Program-made: the position numbers and the translations under genes
Notes under the pieces: model-generated
What the model saw: only the letters and a program-made list of their open reading frames with translations
The model's database searches: none
What the model was told of the DNA's origin: nothing
Origin: Pseudomonadota bacterium
Lineage (GTDB): Bacteria > Bdellovibrionota > Bdellovibrionia > Bdellovibrionales > SG-bin7
Direction: 5' to 3'
Assembly: GCA_034439715.1 (NCBI GenBank)
Contig: JAWXAY010000011.1
Coordinates: 1-29,778 of the forward strand
DNA length: 29,778 bases
In this document: in pieces, positions 1-8,199 of the stretch
How positions within the stretch are numbered: the stretch's first letter is position 1
Layout of the letters: each line of letters begins with the position of its first letter

Positions 1-345
1 GGTTTTTGAGAGCGGAGCGGTGGCAAGGCCATCAAGTTCTTTTTTAAGACATAGGCGAGCCACGGTAACCACCCAGTCGGCAGCGCTTTCGCCAGACACT
101 ACATCTACCAAAGTAAATTTTGAGTTCGAGTGATTTTTTAAATACTCTTCAAAAGAACTAACTTGAATTCGGTCAAATCGGCGGTCGAGTTGGCGCAAAT
201 ACTTTTTAGGAAAATTCGCCGAACGGTACAAAAAAAAGACTAGATTAAACTTGGAGCCAATAGAAAGGAGAGCCTTCGTACAAATTTCTGGGCCAATTCC
301 ATCGGAATCGCCAGTCGTGATCGCTAGTCGAAGCTTTTTTCTCAT
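1..345 (-). CDS. pdxA: 4-hydroxythreonine-4-phosphate dehydrogenase PdxA, 5' part (runs off the left edge)
   Basis: Not in the ORF track. The ATG at 345 overlaps the surA stop (ATGA). It translates MRKKLRLAITTGDSDGIGPEICTKAL..., matching the PdxA N-terminal ITxGDPxGIGPEI motif. surA-pdxA is a well-known gene order. Confidence 0.88.
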   Translation of the reverse strand, partial: MRKKLRLAITTGDSDGIGPEICTKALLSIGSKFNLVFFLYRSANFPKKYLRQLDRRFDRIQVSSFEEYLKNHSNSKFTLVDVVSGESAADWVVTVARLCLKKELDGLATAPLSKT

Positions 346-1292
346 GAAACATTTATTCTGACGAATGCTTCCTGGCGGCGTTGATCTAACCAAATTCGAA
401 ACTGTTTTTGAAATGCCCGCTGGGTCAATAAACCTCGAATTTTTTCTCTTTCTTTTTGCGCGACAGGGTTTTGAATAGTTTTTTTATCATTTAACATCAG
501 AATATGAAAACCAAGCTTAGTTTTAACTACTTCGGAGTATTGCCCTACGGTCAGGGCCTTTACAGGGCGCTCAAACTCTTTTAGCAGCTCACCATCCTTA
601 AAAGATCCAAGTAGGCCTCCTTTAGAAAAATTAGGGTCTTCACTTGAGTCCTCGGCTACCTTTTGAAAAGGAGAGCCTTTTCGCAGTCGTGCCAATATCT
701 CTTGAGCCTGTTTTTTCGCTCGCGCCTCTCCACCCTTTGGAAACTTAATTAAAATATGAGAAATCGTATATTCATTAAGTTGGCCTTCGGGTGCAGAAGC
801 ATCGTCACCACGATAGCTGGCTACCTCCTCATCAGAGATTTGAATTTTAGACGTAACATTTTTTTCAATCAGTCCTTGTCGCTCAAGGCGTGATTTTATA
901 ACGCCTTGATAGTCAGAAAAATCGACGCCTTGCCCCTTGAGCACCTCTTTAAGCTGAACACGCGACATGTTGTTGGTTTTAGAAATATTTCTAATTTCTT
1001 TCTCGACACGTTCTATCGTAATGGCTAGGCCCTGTTTTTTTATTTCACTATCGAGAATTTTTTCGTCCACCAAGAGACTAATGAGTTTTTTTTGATCGCC
1101 GGCAATTGCTTTTATATCTTGTCCCTGGGTTAAGAGGTCATCAAATAAAACACCCTTGCCAAGGCGAGACTTATATTTAGTGAGATCAGACAAGGTGATG
1201 ATTTCGTCGTTTACGACAGCAACTATTTTTTCAACTAACTCCGCCTGCGCAAGTGTAGAAATTAAAAAAATCGAGGTTATAAAAAGATTCAT
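342..1292 (-). CDS. surA: SurA-like periplasmic chaperone/parvulin PPIase
   Basis: Signal peptide; SurA N-domain (EKIVAVVNDEIITLSD); parvulin motifs ISHILI, FQKVAEDSSED, GGLLG, KTKLGFHIL; lies directly upstream of pdxA. Confidence 0.85.
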   Translation of the reverse strand: MNLFITSIFLISTLAQAELVEKIVAVVNDEIITLSDLTKYKSRLGKGVLFDDLLTQGQDIKAIAGDQKKLISLLVDEKILDSEIKKQGLAITIERVEKEIRNISKTNNMSRVQLKEVLKGQGVDFSDYQGVIKSRLERQGLIEKNVTSKIQISDEEVASYRGDDASAPEGQLNEYTISHILIKFPKGGEARAKKQAQEILARLRKGSPFQKVAEDSSEDPNFSKGGLLGSFKDGELLKEFERPVKALTVGQYSEVVKTKLGFHILMLNDKKTIQNPVAQKEREKIRGLLTQRAFQKQFRIWLDQRRQEAFVRINVS

Positions 1293-2245
1293 TTGTCCTC
1301 CGTAGAGACTTTCAAAGAAGCAATAAGGGCCTCGTTCTTAAAGACCTTGTTTTTTCTTATCTGTGATTCTAGCCATTGAGAGTAAGCGGCCTGTTCTTTG
1401 CTTTCCATAAGAGTGTTTCTAATAATTTCTTTAACATCTTTTATGTTCTGCTGTCCACCCGGTCGCTTTTCGAGAAGCTCCATAATATGAAAGCCATAAG
1501 GACTTTTCAAAACATGACTTGGGGCGCCGGGGCGAAGATTATAAGCGTCCTCGTAAACCTCAAGAGTCGTGGTATCGATCCAATCGGTACCACCACCTTT
1601 TTTGCCCTCTGGAGATATAGAATATTTTGCGGCTAGCTTGGCGAAAGACTTTCCAGATTTTATTTCCTTTAAGAGCTGTTTGGCACCGTCCTCGGAATCA
1701 GTCACGATCTGCCGAACTTTCACGGCCCGGCTTTTTTTGAACTTGTCCTTGTTGTGGTCAAAATAAAGTTGAATTTCTGAGTCTGGGGGAGCCGCAAAGG
1801 TAGCGCGAAGCTGTTGAAAAAGTCTGCGCTCTAGCAAAGAGCGAGAAACATCGCGTCGCCACTCTTCTAGAGTAATGCCTTCCTTGGTAAGGGCCGCAAC
1901 AAAAGAATTCGTATTAGGATAGTTTTTTTGCAGGAGTTCGACCTCCATATTTAATTCAGATTCAGCGATTGTAATATTATTGTCTTTGGCCCAGGTTTTT
2001 AAAAAGGACTGAACCATAAAATCTTTAACGGCACTGTTTTTTACGCGCTCTATTATGACTGGGTCCCTCACCAAAATAGCATCTAAGTTTTTTGCTCGTC
2101 GCATGATCTCTTTGGCAAAACTCTTAGCGCTAAGTTCTTCTTGGCCCACACGCACTATTATTTGGTCCTGCGGCGGAGTTTTCACGCCAGTACACGACAG
2201 AGAAATAAAAGGAAAAATCAGAAGAAAATGTAGCCAGTGCCTCAT
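1289..2245 (-). CDS. Parvulin/PpiC-type peptidyl-prolyl isomerase, probable lipoprotein
   Basis: Lipobox-like ISLSC; N-terminal chaperone region (IIVRVGQEELS); parvulin motifs FAKLAAKYSISPE, GGGTDW, KSPYGFHI. Confidence 0.85.
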   Translation of the reverse strand: MRHWLHFLLIFPFISLSCTGVKTPPQDQIIVRVGQEELSAKSFAKEIMRRAKNLDAILVRDPVIIERVKNSAVKDFMVQSFLKTWAKDNNITIAESELNMEVELLQKNYPNTNSFVAALTKEGITLEEWRRDVSRSLLERRLFQQLRATFAAPPDSEIQLYFDHNKDKFKKSRAVKVRQIVTDSEDGAKQLLKEIKSGKSFAKLAAKYSISPEGKKGGGTDWIDTTTLEVYEDAYNLRPGAPSHVLKSPYGFHIMELLEKRPGGQQNIKDVKEIIRNTLMESKEQAAYSQWLESQIRKNKVFKNEALIASLKVSTEDK

Positions 2246-2251
2246 CGCCCA

Positions 2252-3066
2252 TTACTTTAGCAAAGAAGTGTTCTTTTTAACAGAATACTTTTTGAGTAAT
2301 TTTGCAAAATATCCATCGAAAAGCTCTTTGCGTTTTTCCTCGAAAACGGCCATGCGTATTTGCTGTCTGTTGGCATCGGCAAAACCGCGCTGGCCAACCA
2401 ACTTAACGATATGAAAACCGAACTGAGTTTCAATAAGCTCTGATATAGCACCCTTTTTAAGTCGAAGTGCAGCATCATAATAAGTAGGGACTAGAGTAAC
2501 GCGAGACTGCCAACCCACGTCTCCTCCGGCAGATTTGCTGAGCGTATCATCTGAATATAACGCCACGAGCTCCTCAAAAGGACGCTTACTTTTTATTACA
2601 GAAGATAATATTTCCTTCGCGCGGTTTTTTGCGATCTTTTTTTCTTCTTCATTGGCGCCAGGTTTAAACTGAATCAAAATATGGCTTGTACGAATTTCAG
2701 GATTTTTTTTATACCAGTCCATCATTTCTTTGTCGGTCACCTTAATTTTCTCAACGTCTTTACCAATGGCTTTTTCAACCAGGCCTGAGTAGATAGCTTC
2801 GTCAACCCGTTTCGAAACAAGGGGATCACTTTTTAGGTTTAGTTTTTCAGCCTCTTGAAGGCCAGCGTAATAACGAATTAAATCTTCTAAAAAATCTCTT
2901 TATTTGGCGGATTCATTGTTCGCGACAAAACTTCTTCGTATTTTAGATTAAACTCTTTAAGTTCTATTTCTTTGTCTCCAACCTTAGCGACCACATCGGT
3001 ATTTGCGGCAAAAGCTGACGACGCGACGCTAACAATTGCTAAAAAACCCAGCAGAATAGATTTCAT
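2252..3066 (-). CDS. Exported parvulin/PpiC-type PPIase, interrupted by a single-base frameshift near 2889-2894
   Basis: ATG at 3066 with SD GAGGTGG gives a signal peptide MKSILLGFLAIVSVASSAFA, then DVVAKVGDKEIELKEF, ending at TAG 2889-2887 after 59 codons. The -1 frame continues LEDLIRYYAGLQEAEKLNLKSDP... into the tracked 2740-2252 ORF, which has the parvulin motifs TSHILI, YSDD, GGDVGW, TQFGFHI. Confidence 0.85.
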
Positions 3067-3089
3067 TATCCACCTCTATACTGATAACG

Positions 3090-3767
3090 CTAACACCCTG
3101 GGGTTCCATCGACAATATATTTTAGAGCCATTTCTCGTGTAATCTCAAACTTTTCAGTAAGTTCCTTGGCCAAGCTTTCTCCGCGCGTATCGTCTTCCCT
3201 TTTTATGGGTCCCATCGGTTCACCCCAGTAAATTACCATTTTGCAGAAGGGCTTTGGAAAAAAAGACTTATCCCAGGTTTTTTTAAGTGGCCAAGAGCTC
3301 GATACGACCATTACTCCGGGATAAATTTTGGCATTACATAATCGCGAAACTTCAAAGATCCCCGGCTTAATAACATGAAATGGTCCACGAGGCCCATCGA
3401 CCGATACAGTGGGAATATAACCTTCGCGCGCCAGGCGTATCATTGATCTTAAGGCGCCAGCGCCACCATTGGACGAAGAGCCGCGCACAGTTTTTGCGCC
3501 GTAAAGTTCAACAAATCTTGTCATGATAGCGCCGTCTCGACTGAGTGAGGTCATTATAATTACCTTGTAGCGAAGAATGGTTAAAAACATACCCGACTGT
3601 TCGCCGTGCCAGTTGGCTAAAACAAAAGGGCGCTTGTTTTTAATGTCTTCTCTGAGGCTTTCGCATTCAATAAACTTTACTCGCCACGTAAACGAGACCA
3701 GACGATGAATTAGGAATATAATATAGGGCAAGATTCGGTCTAGCGATTTTTTAAACATTAAATTCAA
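3090..3767 (-). CDS. DUF374 / lysophospholipid acyltransferase-family protein (the family containing LpxJ)
   Basis: Motifs ANWHGEQ, SLSRDG, VRGSS, VDGPRGP, WDKSFFPKPF are typical of DUF374. The start could be TTG 3767 or ATG 3758. Confidence 0.8.
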   Translation of the reverse strand: MNLMFKKSLDRILPYIIFLIHRLVSFTWRVKFIECESLREDIKNKRPFVLANWHGEQSGMFLTILRYKVIIMTSLSRDGAIMTRFVELYGAKTVRGSSSNGGAGALRSMIRLAREGYIPTVSVDGPRGPFHVIKPGIFEVSRLCNAKIYPGVMVVSSSWPLKKTWDKSFFPKPFCKMVIYWGEPMGPIKREDDTRGESLAKELTEKFEITREMALKYIVDGTPGC

Positions 3768-4726
3768 CTTAAGACGCGTTTAAATTCTTCTGTTAACTTT
3801 GGTAAAATATCGAAAAGATCGCCAACGATTCCGTACGTGGCCTTTTGAAAAATTGGGGCCTGAGCGTCTTTATTAATGGCGACGATAACTTTGGAGCTAC
3901 TCATGCCCGCCATATGCTGAATGGCTCCTGAGATTCCTACCGCGATATAAAGACTTGGCGCTACAGTTTTTCCCGTTTGTCCTACCTGCATTGAGTGAGC
4001 TACCCAACCTAAATCCACAACGGCACGAGAGGCGCCCACTGTGGCGCCCAACACATTTGCAAGGGACTCAAGAAGCTGAAAGTTCTTCGCCTCTCCCAGG
4101 CCGCGACCTCCAGAAACTATTATGTTGGCTTCTGTTAAATCCAATTTCTGAGAGGTGCCGCGTACAACCTCTTTAATTACTGTTTTTAGATCTAGTTTTG
4201 GCAAAGCCACGCTTTCAATTTTTATCGAGCCAACTCCGGGCGCGCCTAACGGCAGTTGATTGGGGCGCATCAAAATTATTTTTATCGGACCATTCTCAAA
4301 CTTTACCGCCGCCGAGCATTTGGCGGCATACAAGGGACGCCGAACCACAACATTTTCGCCTGAAATTTCTAGCTCAGTGCAATCACTAATTGCCCCTGTA
4401 TTTAATTTAGCGCCGACACGCGGAAACAAATCGCGGCCCAGAGAAGAAGAGGTCGCTAAAACCGTACTAGCCTGAGATTTTTTTATCATATCAACAACGA
4501 GCACTGTAAAAAGCTCTGGGTTATAGTTGGCCAGAGTGGGGGAGTTACAAATAATCGCACCGGTCGCCCCAAATTTAGCTGCTTCATTAGCGGTAACTTC
4601 GGCATCCGCTCCCAGAGCAAGAATCTCACAGGCCTGACCAGAGTTTTTCACGGCTGTTAATAATTCTATCGTGCCCTTTTTAAGAATGCCACCAGAAGAC
4701 TCGGCAAAAACTAAAAATTTTCCCAT
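3764..4726 (-). CDS. etfA: Electron transfer flavoprotein alpha subunit
   Basis: LTEANIIVSGGRG, VGASRAVVD, QVGQTGKTVAP, GISGAIQHMAGM, INKD motifs; SD GGGAG upstream. Confidence 0.95.
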   Translation of the reverse strand: MGKFLVFAESSGGILKKGTIELLTAVKNSGQACEILALGADAEVTANEAAKFGATGAIICNSPTLANYNPELFTVLVVDMIKKSQASTVLATSSSLGRDLFPRVGAKLNTGAISDCTELEISGENVVVRRPLYAAKCSAAVKFENGPIKIILMRPNQLPLGAPGVGSIKIESVALPKLDLKTVIKEVVRGTSQKLDLTEANIIVSGGRGLGEAKNFQLLESLANVLGATVGASRAVVDLGWVAHSMQVGQTGKTVAPSLYIAVGISGAIQHMAGMSSSKVIVAINKDAQAPIFQKATYGIVGDLFDILPKLTEEFKRVLS

Positions 4727-4739
4727 CAGGACTCCCTAA

Positions 4740-5519
4740 TTATAAGACTTTGGATTCTTCGCGAAGGAGACGCACAAGTTCTTTAACTTGTTGTTCGGCT
4801 TCGCCCCCAACAATTTTAGTGGACGGCTTTGCTGGCGGTGGCCGAAAATCAAAAAAAGATATTTTTCTTTGCTCAAGTGAAACATCGAGGCTTGCGAGGG
4901 TAACCTCTTTGAGGGGTTTTGCTTTAGCTTTCATAATATTTGGTAGGCTGACAAAGCGCGGGGTATTGAGGCCTTTGCTGGCGCCAAGTACGGCAGGAGA
5001 TTTAAGTTCAATTAATTCCTTGTTACCACCGTCGCCTTCACGAGTGATGATTGAAATGCCCGCGCTATTTTCAAACTTGGTGACCACGGTCGCATGGGGC
5101 ATGTCTAAAAACTCAGCAAGCTGTTGGGTGACGGCAGAGGCATTGTCATCAATCGCAAGTTTGCCGCAAAAAACCAAGTCACATCCGCCCTCATTTTTTA
5201 TTGCCTTCGCCAGCGCGAGAGCAGTTAAGTGAGTGTCTAAAGAGTCGGGCGCATCAATAGCTATAGCCTCGTCGGCACCCATTGCTAAAGAGGTTCTTAG
5301 TGTGCTTTGCGTGCGCTTTGCTGGTCCTACGCATATAGCGATAACTTTTGCTCCTGGGTTAGACTCTTTAGTTTTGACGGCTTCTTCTAGAGCATATTCA
5401 TCGTAGGGACTGATAATCCACTTGCTAACAGAGGAAACATCGATTCCGCACTTATCCTCAGCGATTTTAATTTTGGTTTCGGTATCGGGCACTTGTTTAA
5501 TACAGACAAAAATTTTCAT
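4740..5519 (-). CDS. etfB: Electron transfer flavoprotein beta subunit
   Basis: True start is probably ATG 5519 (MKIFVCIKQVPDTE, preceded by GGAG). Motifs PYDEYALEEA, LAMGAD, GKLAIDD, NTPRF. Confidence 0.95.
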   Translation of the reverse strand: MKIFVCIKQVPDTETKIKIAEDKCGIDVSSVSKWIISPYDEYALEEAVKTKESNPGAKVIAICVGPAKRTQSTLRTSLAMGADEAIAIDAPDSLDTHLTALALAKAIKNEGGCDLVFCGKLAIDDNASAVTQQLAEFLDMPHATVVTKFENSAGISIITREGDGGNKELIELKSPAVLGASKGLNTPRFVSLPNIMKAKAKPLKEVTLASLDVSLEQRKISFFDFRPPPAKPSTKIVGGEAEQQVKELVRLLREESKVL

Positions 5520-5671
5520 GAAACACTCCGCCTGTTGCTGCTTCCAACTTTGACGATTGCGAAAGGATTGTCCAGAAAAATTAATTGAACAGAAGCCAGC
5601 GCGCCGAGTCACTTCTGTACAGAGCTTTCCTTTCAGAATTCAATATTGGTAATCTCCAGAGTGAGTTTATT

Positions 5672-6529
5672 TTGGTCTCTTTTTTCGAAAGGCAACTCCT
5701 GAAAAAAGCACTCATCACCGGAGCAACATCCGGCTTCGGTCTTATGGTTGCAAAAAAACTTTTGGCCAAAGGCTGGTTTGTCTATGCTACAGGTCGAAAA
5801 ATTACCGAGCGCTTAGGGGATTGGCGAGAAATTCAAGAAAAATATAAAAACACGCTCAGGTTTTTAGACTTGGATGTTACAAAACCAGAGGAACGTCAGA
5901 GAGCCGTGGGCCAAATAGAAAATCTCGACGTATTAATTAACAATGCCGGGGTGGGTGTTTTTGGCGCCTTTGAAGACCTTTCTGAGGAGCAAATTCGCAA
6001 ACAGTTTGAAGTTAATTTTTTTGGCGCAGTAATGCTGACACAGGAATTATTGCCCAAAATTAGAGAGTCTAGCGGAAGAATTATTAATGTGTCCTCTGCC
6101 TTTGGGATCGTTGGTTTTCCGTTAGCAAGCATGTATTGCGCCACCAAATTTGCGCTTGAAGGTTGGAGCGAATCATTAGCTTATGAAGTAAGCCCAATGG
6201 GCGTGAGCGTCTGCATTATAGAGCCCGGCGCATTTGATACCGGTTTTAATAAAAGTATTGAATGGGGTGTGCGCTCAGATAGCTCGTCTTCATCCTACAA
6301 AGGAATAACCCAGGGCTATAAAGCGCGTTCGACCAAAAATATAACAGGACCAGATTCGGCAATAGTGGCCGACGGAATAGTACAGGCGACAATCGCAAAA
6401 AGTGTCGCGATGAGGATTGCAATTGGTCAGGACACAAAGATCGCAGTGCGACTAAAACATTTTCTCCCTCGACAAATGTTTTTCAAAATACTGTCTCGAG
6501 TTTATAGCAAATCCCTGGGTCTAGGGTAA
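5672..6529 (+). CDS. Classical short-chain dehydrogenase/reductase (SDR)
   Basis: TGATSGFG nucleotide-binding motif, NNAG, NVSS and YCATK catalytic motif. There is no in-frame ATG before the Rossmann motif, so the start is probably TTG 5672 or CTG 5699 (the latter follows AAAGG). Confidence 0.88.
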   Translation: MVSFFERQLLKKALITGATSGFGLMVAKKLLAKGWFVYATGRKITERLGDWREIQEKYKNTLRFLDLDVTKPEERQRAVGQIENLDVLINNAGVGVFGAFEDLSEEQIRKQFEVNFFGAVMLTQELLPKIRESSGRIINVSSAFGIVGFPLASMYCATKFALEGWSESLAYEVSPMGVSVCIIEPGAFDTGFNKSIEWGVRSDSSSSSYKGITQGYKARSTKNITGPDSAIVADGIVQATIAKSVAMRIAIGQDTKIAVRLKHFLPRQMFFKILSRVYSKSLGLG

Positions 6530-7458
6530 TGCGCGAGATTGCCAGCGAGAATATTAGCAAAAAAATCGGAAGCTACAGCGCGGTTTTGAGCCTCACCGAG
6601 GTGGGACTTGGAAGCCTACTCCATGCCTTTCATATACCACTTACAGGTCATTTTTTATCTCTTAATCAAGGCTTTATACTAATTCATGCTAATAAAAACC
6701 ACGAGCACCATTCAACGACTATTTCAAACGTAGCGGCCATTTTAAAGTCATTGTCCCCGGCAGGCAAGAGACTAACTCCAATGTTAGCGATTAGTGCTCA
6801 GGGATATCTTTTCTCTGTAGGAGTTTTATTGCTCGGCTCTAATCCTGCGGGGTATTTTTTGGGAATGACGCTTCTATCGCTATGGGCGTTTCTGCAGCCT
6901 GTACTAATTTATCTATTTGTGTTTGGTGGTGGTCTAATTGCGAGCTACCAGTTTTTGTTGGAAAATCTCAATAAGCAACTGAGAATTAAACCAGAATACT
7001 TGTTGGCACTGCTGTTAGGAGGCGTTGCAATCAAGATTTTTTTGGCGTGGGCAATTGTCGGAGCCACATATCTGATCTCCGATAAAAAACAGCAGGAATG
7101 GTTGAGGCGGGTTGAAGGGGCAGGAATTAAAAGTTCTCAAAAATTAGAACAAAAAAGTGGTTTGAGTAAAGGGATAAAGAGTCTATTTCAGCCCTTTTTT
7201 TTAATATCTTTGGCAGTAACAGTAATGTTTTTTTGGTTTTCAGAAAATAAGGGGGCACCCACATTTTGGATTGTAGCAAGGCCTGTCGCCGTCATGTTTC
7301 TAATTCACTTTGGATTTCAGTTTCTGCCGGTTGAGGTCTGGGCAAAAAAACTGACGCTGAACTCAAGTTCAACGTTTGCTTGTGGATTAGCTTTTGCCAT
7401 TTCCGTCCTGAAAAATCCTCTCCGTCGCGTACCATTAAAAGCTGTGCGACAATGCTGA
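6529..7458 (+). CDS. Uncharacterised polytopic membrane protein
   Basis: Multiple hydrophobic segments; start overlaps the SDR stop (TAATG); conserved-looking blocks EVGLGSLLHAFHIPLTG and LKSLSPAGKRLTPMLAI. Confidence 0.75.
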   Translation: MREIASENISKKIGSYSAVLSLTEVGLGSLLHAFHIPLTGHFLSLNQGFILIHANKNHEHHSTTISNVAAILKSLSPAGKRLTPMLAISAQGYLFSVGVLLLGSNPAGYFLGMTLLSLWAFLQPVLIYLFVFGGGLIASYQFLLENLNKQLRIKPEYLLALLLGGVAIKIFLAWAIVGATYLISDKKQQEWLRRVEGAGIKSSQKLEQKSGLSKGIKSLFQPFFLISLAVTVMFFWFSENKGAPTFWIVARPVAVMFLIHFGFQFLPVEVWAKKLTLNSSSTFACGLAFAISVLKNPLRRVPLKAVRQC

Positions 7459-8191
7459 CAGCTATTTCTGAGGGAGAGCTGCTTCCAACAGGCAAGCCGA
7501 TGGGGCAATGAATTTTGGAGATTTTTTCTTCGGGTAGGCCAGAGCTAACTAGTTCGCCCTTTAAAACGAGAAATTTAGCATGGCTTCCGATTACTCCCAC
7601 AAAGGGCGCGGTTCTGGTCGAAAGAATTTCTTTCAATATTGGTACATCGGTGGCATGACCCTGAGTCATCACTACAAACTGTGTGTTTGTAGAAAGTTCT
7701 TTAACATGGTCACAAGATCGGGATGCGCAAACAGTTTTTAGCTTTGGCGACGGTGGCAATAATTTAAGCCACTCCTCTCGAGAGTCAATACACGTGATAG
7801 CGCAATCAAGCGTCACCAAAAGTGGAATTAGAGCTTGTGCTACATGGCCAGCACCAAATACAGCAATCTTCCAAGCGTTGTGATTGTGAATTTCGAAATA
7901 AAACTTCACTTCACCGCCGCAAGTCATGCCGACGTCTGTTTGCAAGTTCCAGACAACAAAGTCTACCAGAGCGTCAGGATTCGAGGCGCTCAACATGGCG
8001 ACGGCACGAGTAATTGCTTTGGCTTCAACCTTGCCGCCACCGATTGTGCCGCACAACAATCCGTTCAAACCTACTATTGCCCGCGCACCAGCGTTGGAGG
8101 GCGTACTTCCGCGAGCTGCCACCAAAACAATTTCAACAAAAGGTATTTTTGCTATTTTTAATTCTGAAAAAATCTCAAAGTAATCTGGCAA
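7292..8191 (-). CDS. xdhC: Xanthine dehydrogenase accessory (Moco chaperone) protein XdhC
   Basis: GSTP, GTIGGG, GMTCGG, VFGAGHVAQAL, VMTQGH, GVIGS, CPIGL, EIAVSIVAQL motifs; follows xdhB. Confidence 0.9.
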   Translation of the reverse strand: MPDYFEIFSELKIAKIPFVEIVLVAARGSTPSNAGARAIVGLNGLLCGTIGGGKVEAKAITRAVAMLSASNPDALVDFVVWNLQTDVGMTCGGEVKFYFEIHNHNAWKIAVFGAGHVAQALIPLLVTLDCAITCIDSREEWLKLLPPSPKLKTVCASRSCDHVKELSTNTQFVVMTQGHATDVPILKEILSTRTAPFVGVIGSHAKFLVLKGELVSSGLPEEKISKIHCPIGLPVGSSSPSEIAVSIVAQLLMVRDGEDFSGRKWQKLIHKQTLNLSSASVFLPRPQPAETEIQSELET

Positions 8192-8199
8192 TGGGCTCC

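Noticed and set aside
3066..3074. DnaA-box-like TTATCCACC (and a reverse 8/9 match near 15068-15076)
   Set aside because: Isolated single-mismatch hits, one coinciding with an SD and one inside a CDS; no cluster or AT-rich unwinding element, so not an origin.
4750..5232. 160-aa plus-strand ORF, and similar ones such as 2055-2414, 8762-9271, 15251-15559, 19158-19580 and 29473-29670
   Set aside because: Antisense or alternate-frame shadows of well-supported genes, with no recognisable motifs or initiation signals.
5520..5671. N-terminal extensions of etfB (from 5612) and the SDR (from 5585), implying a head-to-head overlap
   Set aside because: Family homology begins at 5519 (etfB) and about 5699 (SDR); the extensions are artefacts of longest-ORF calling across a promoter gap.
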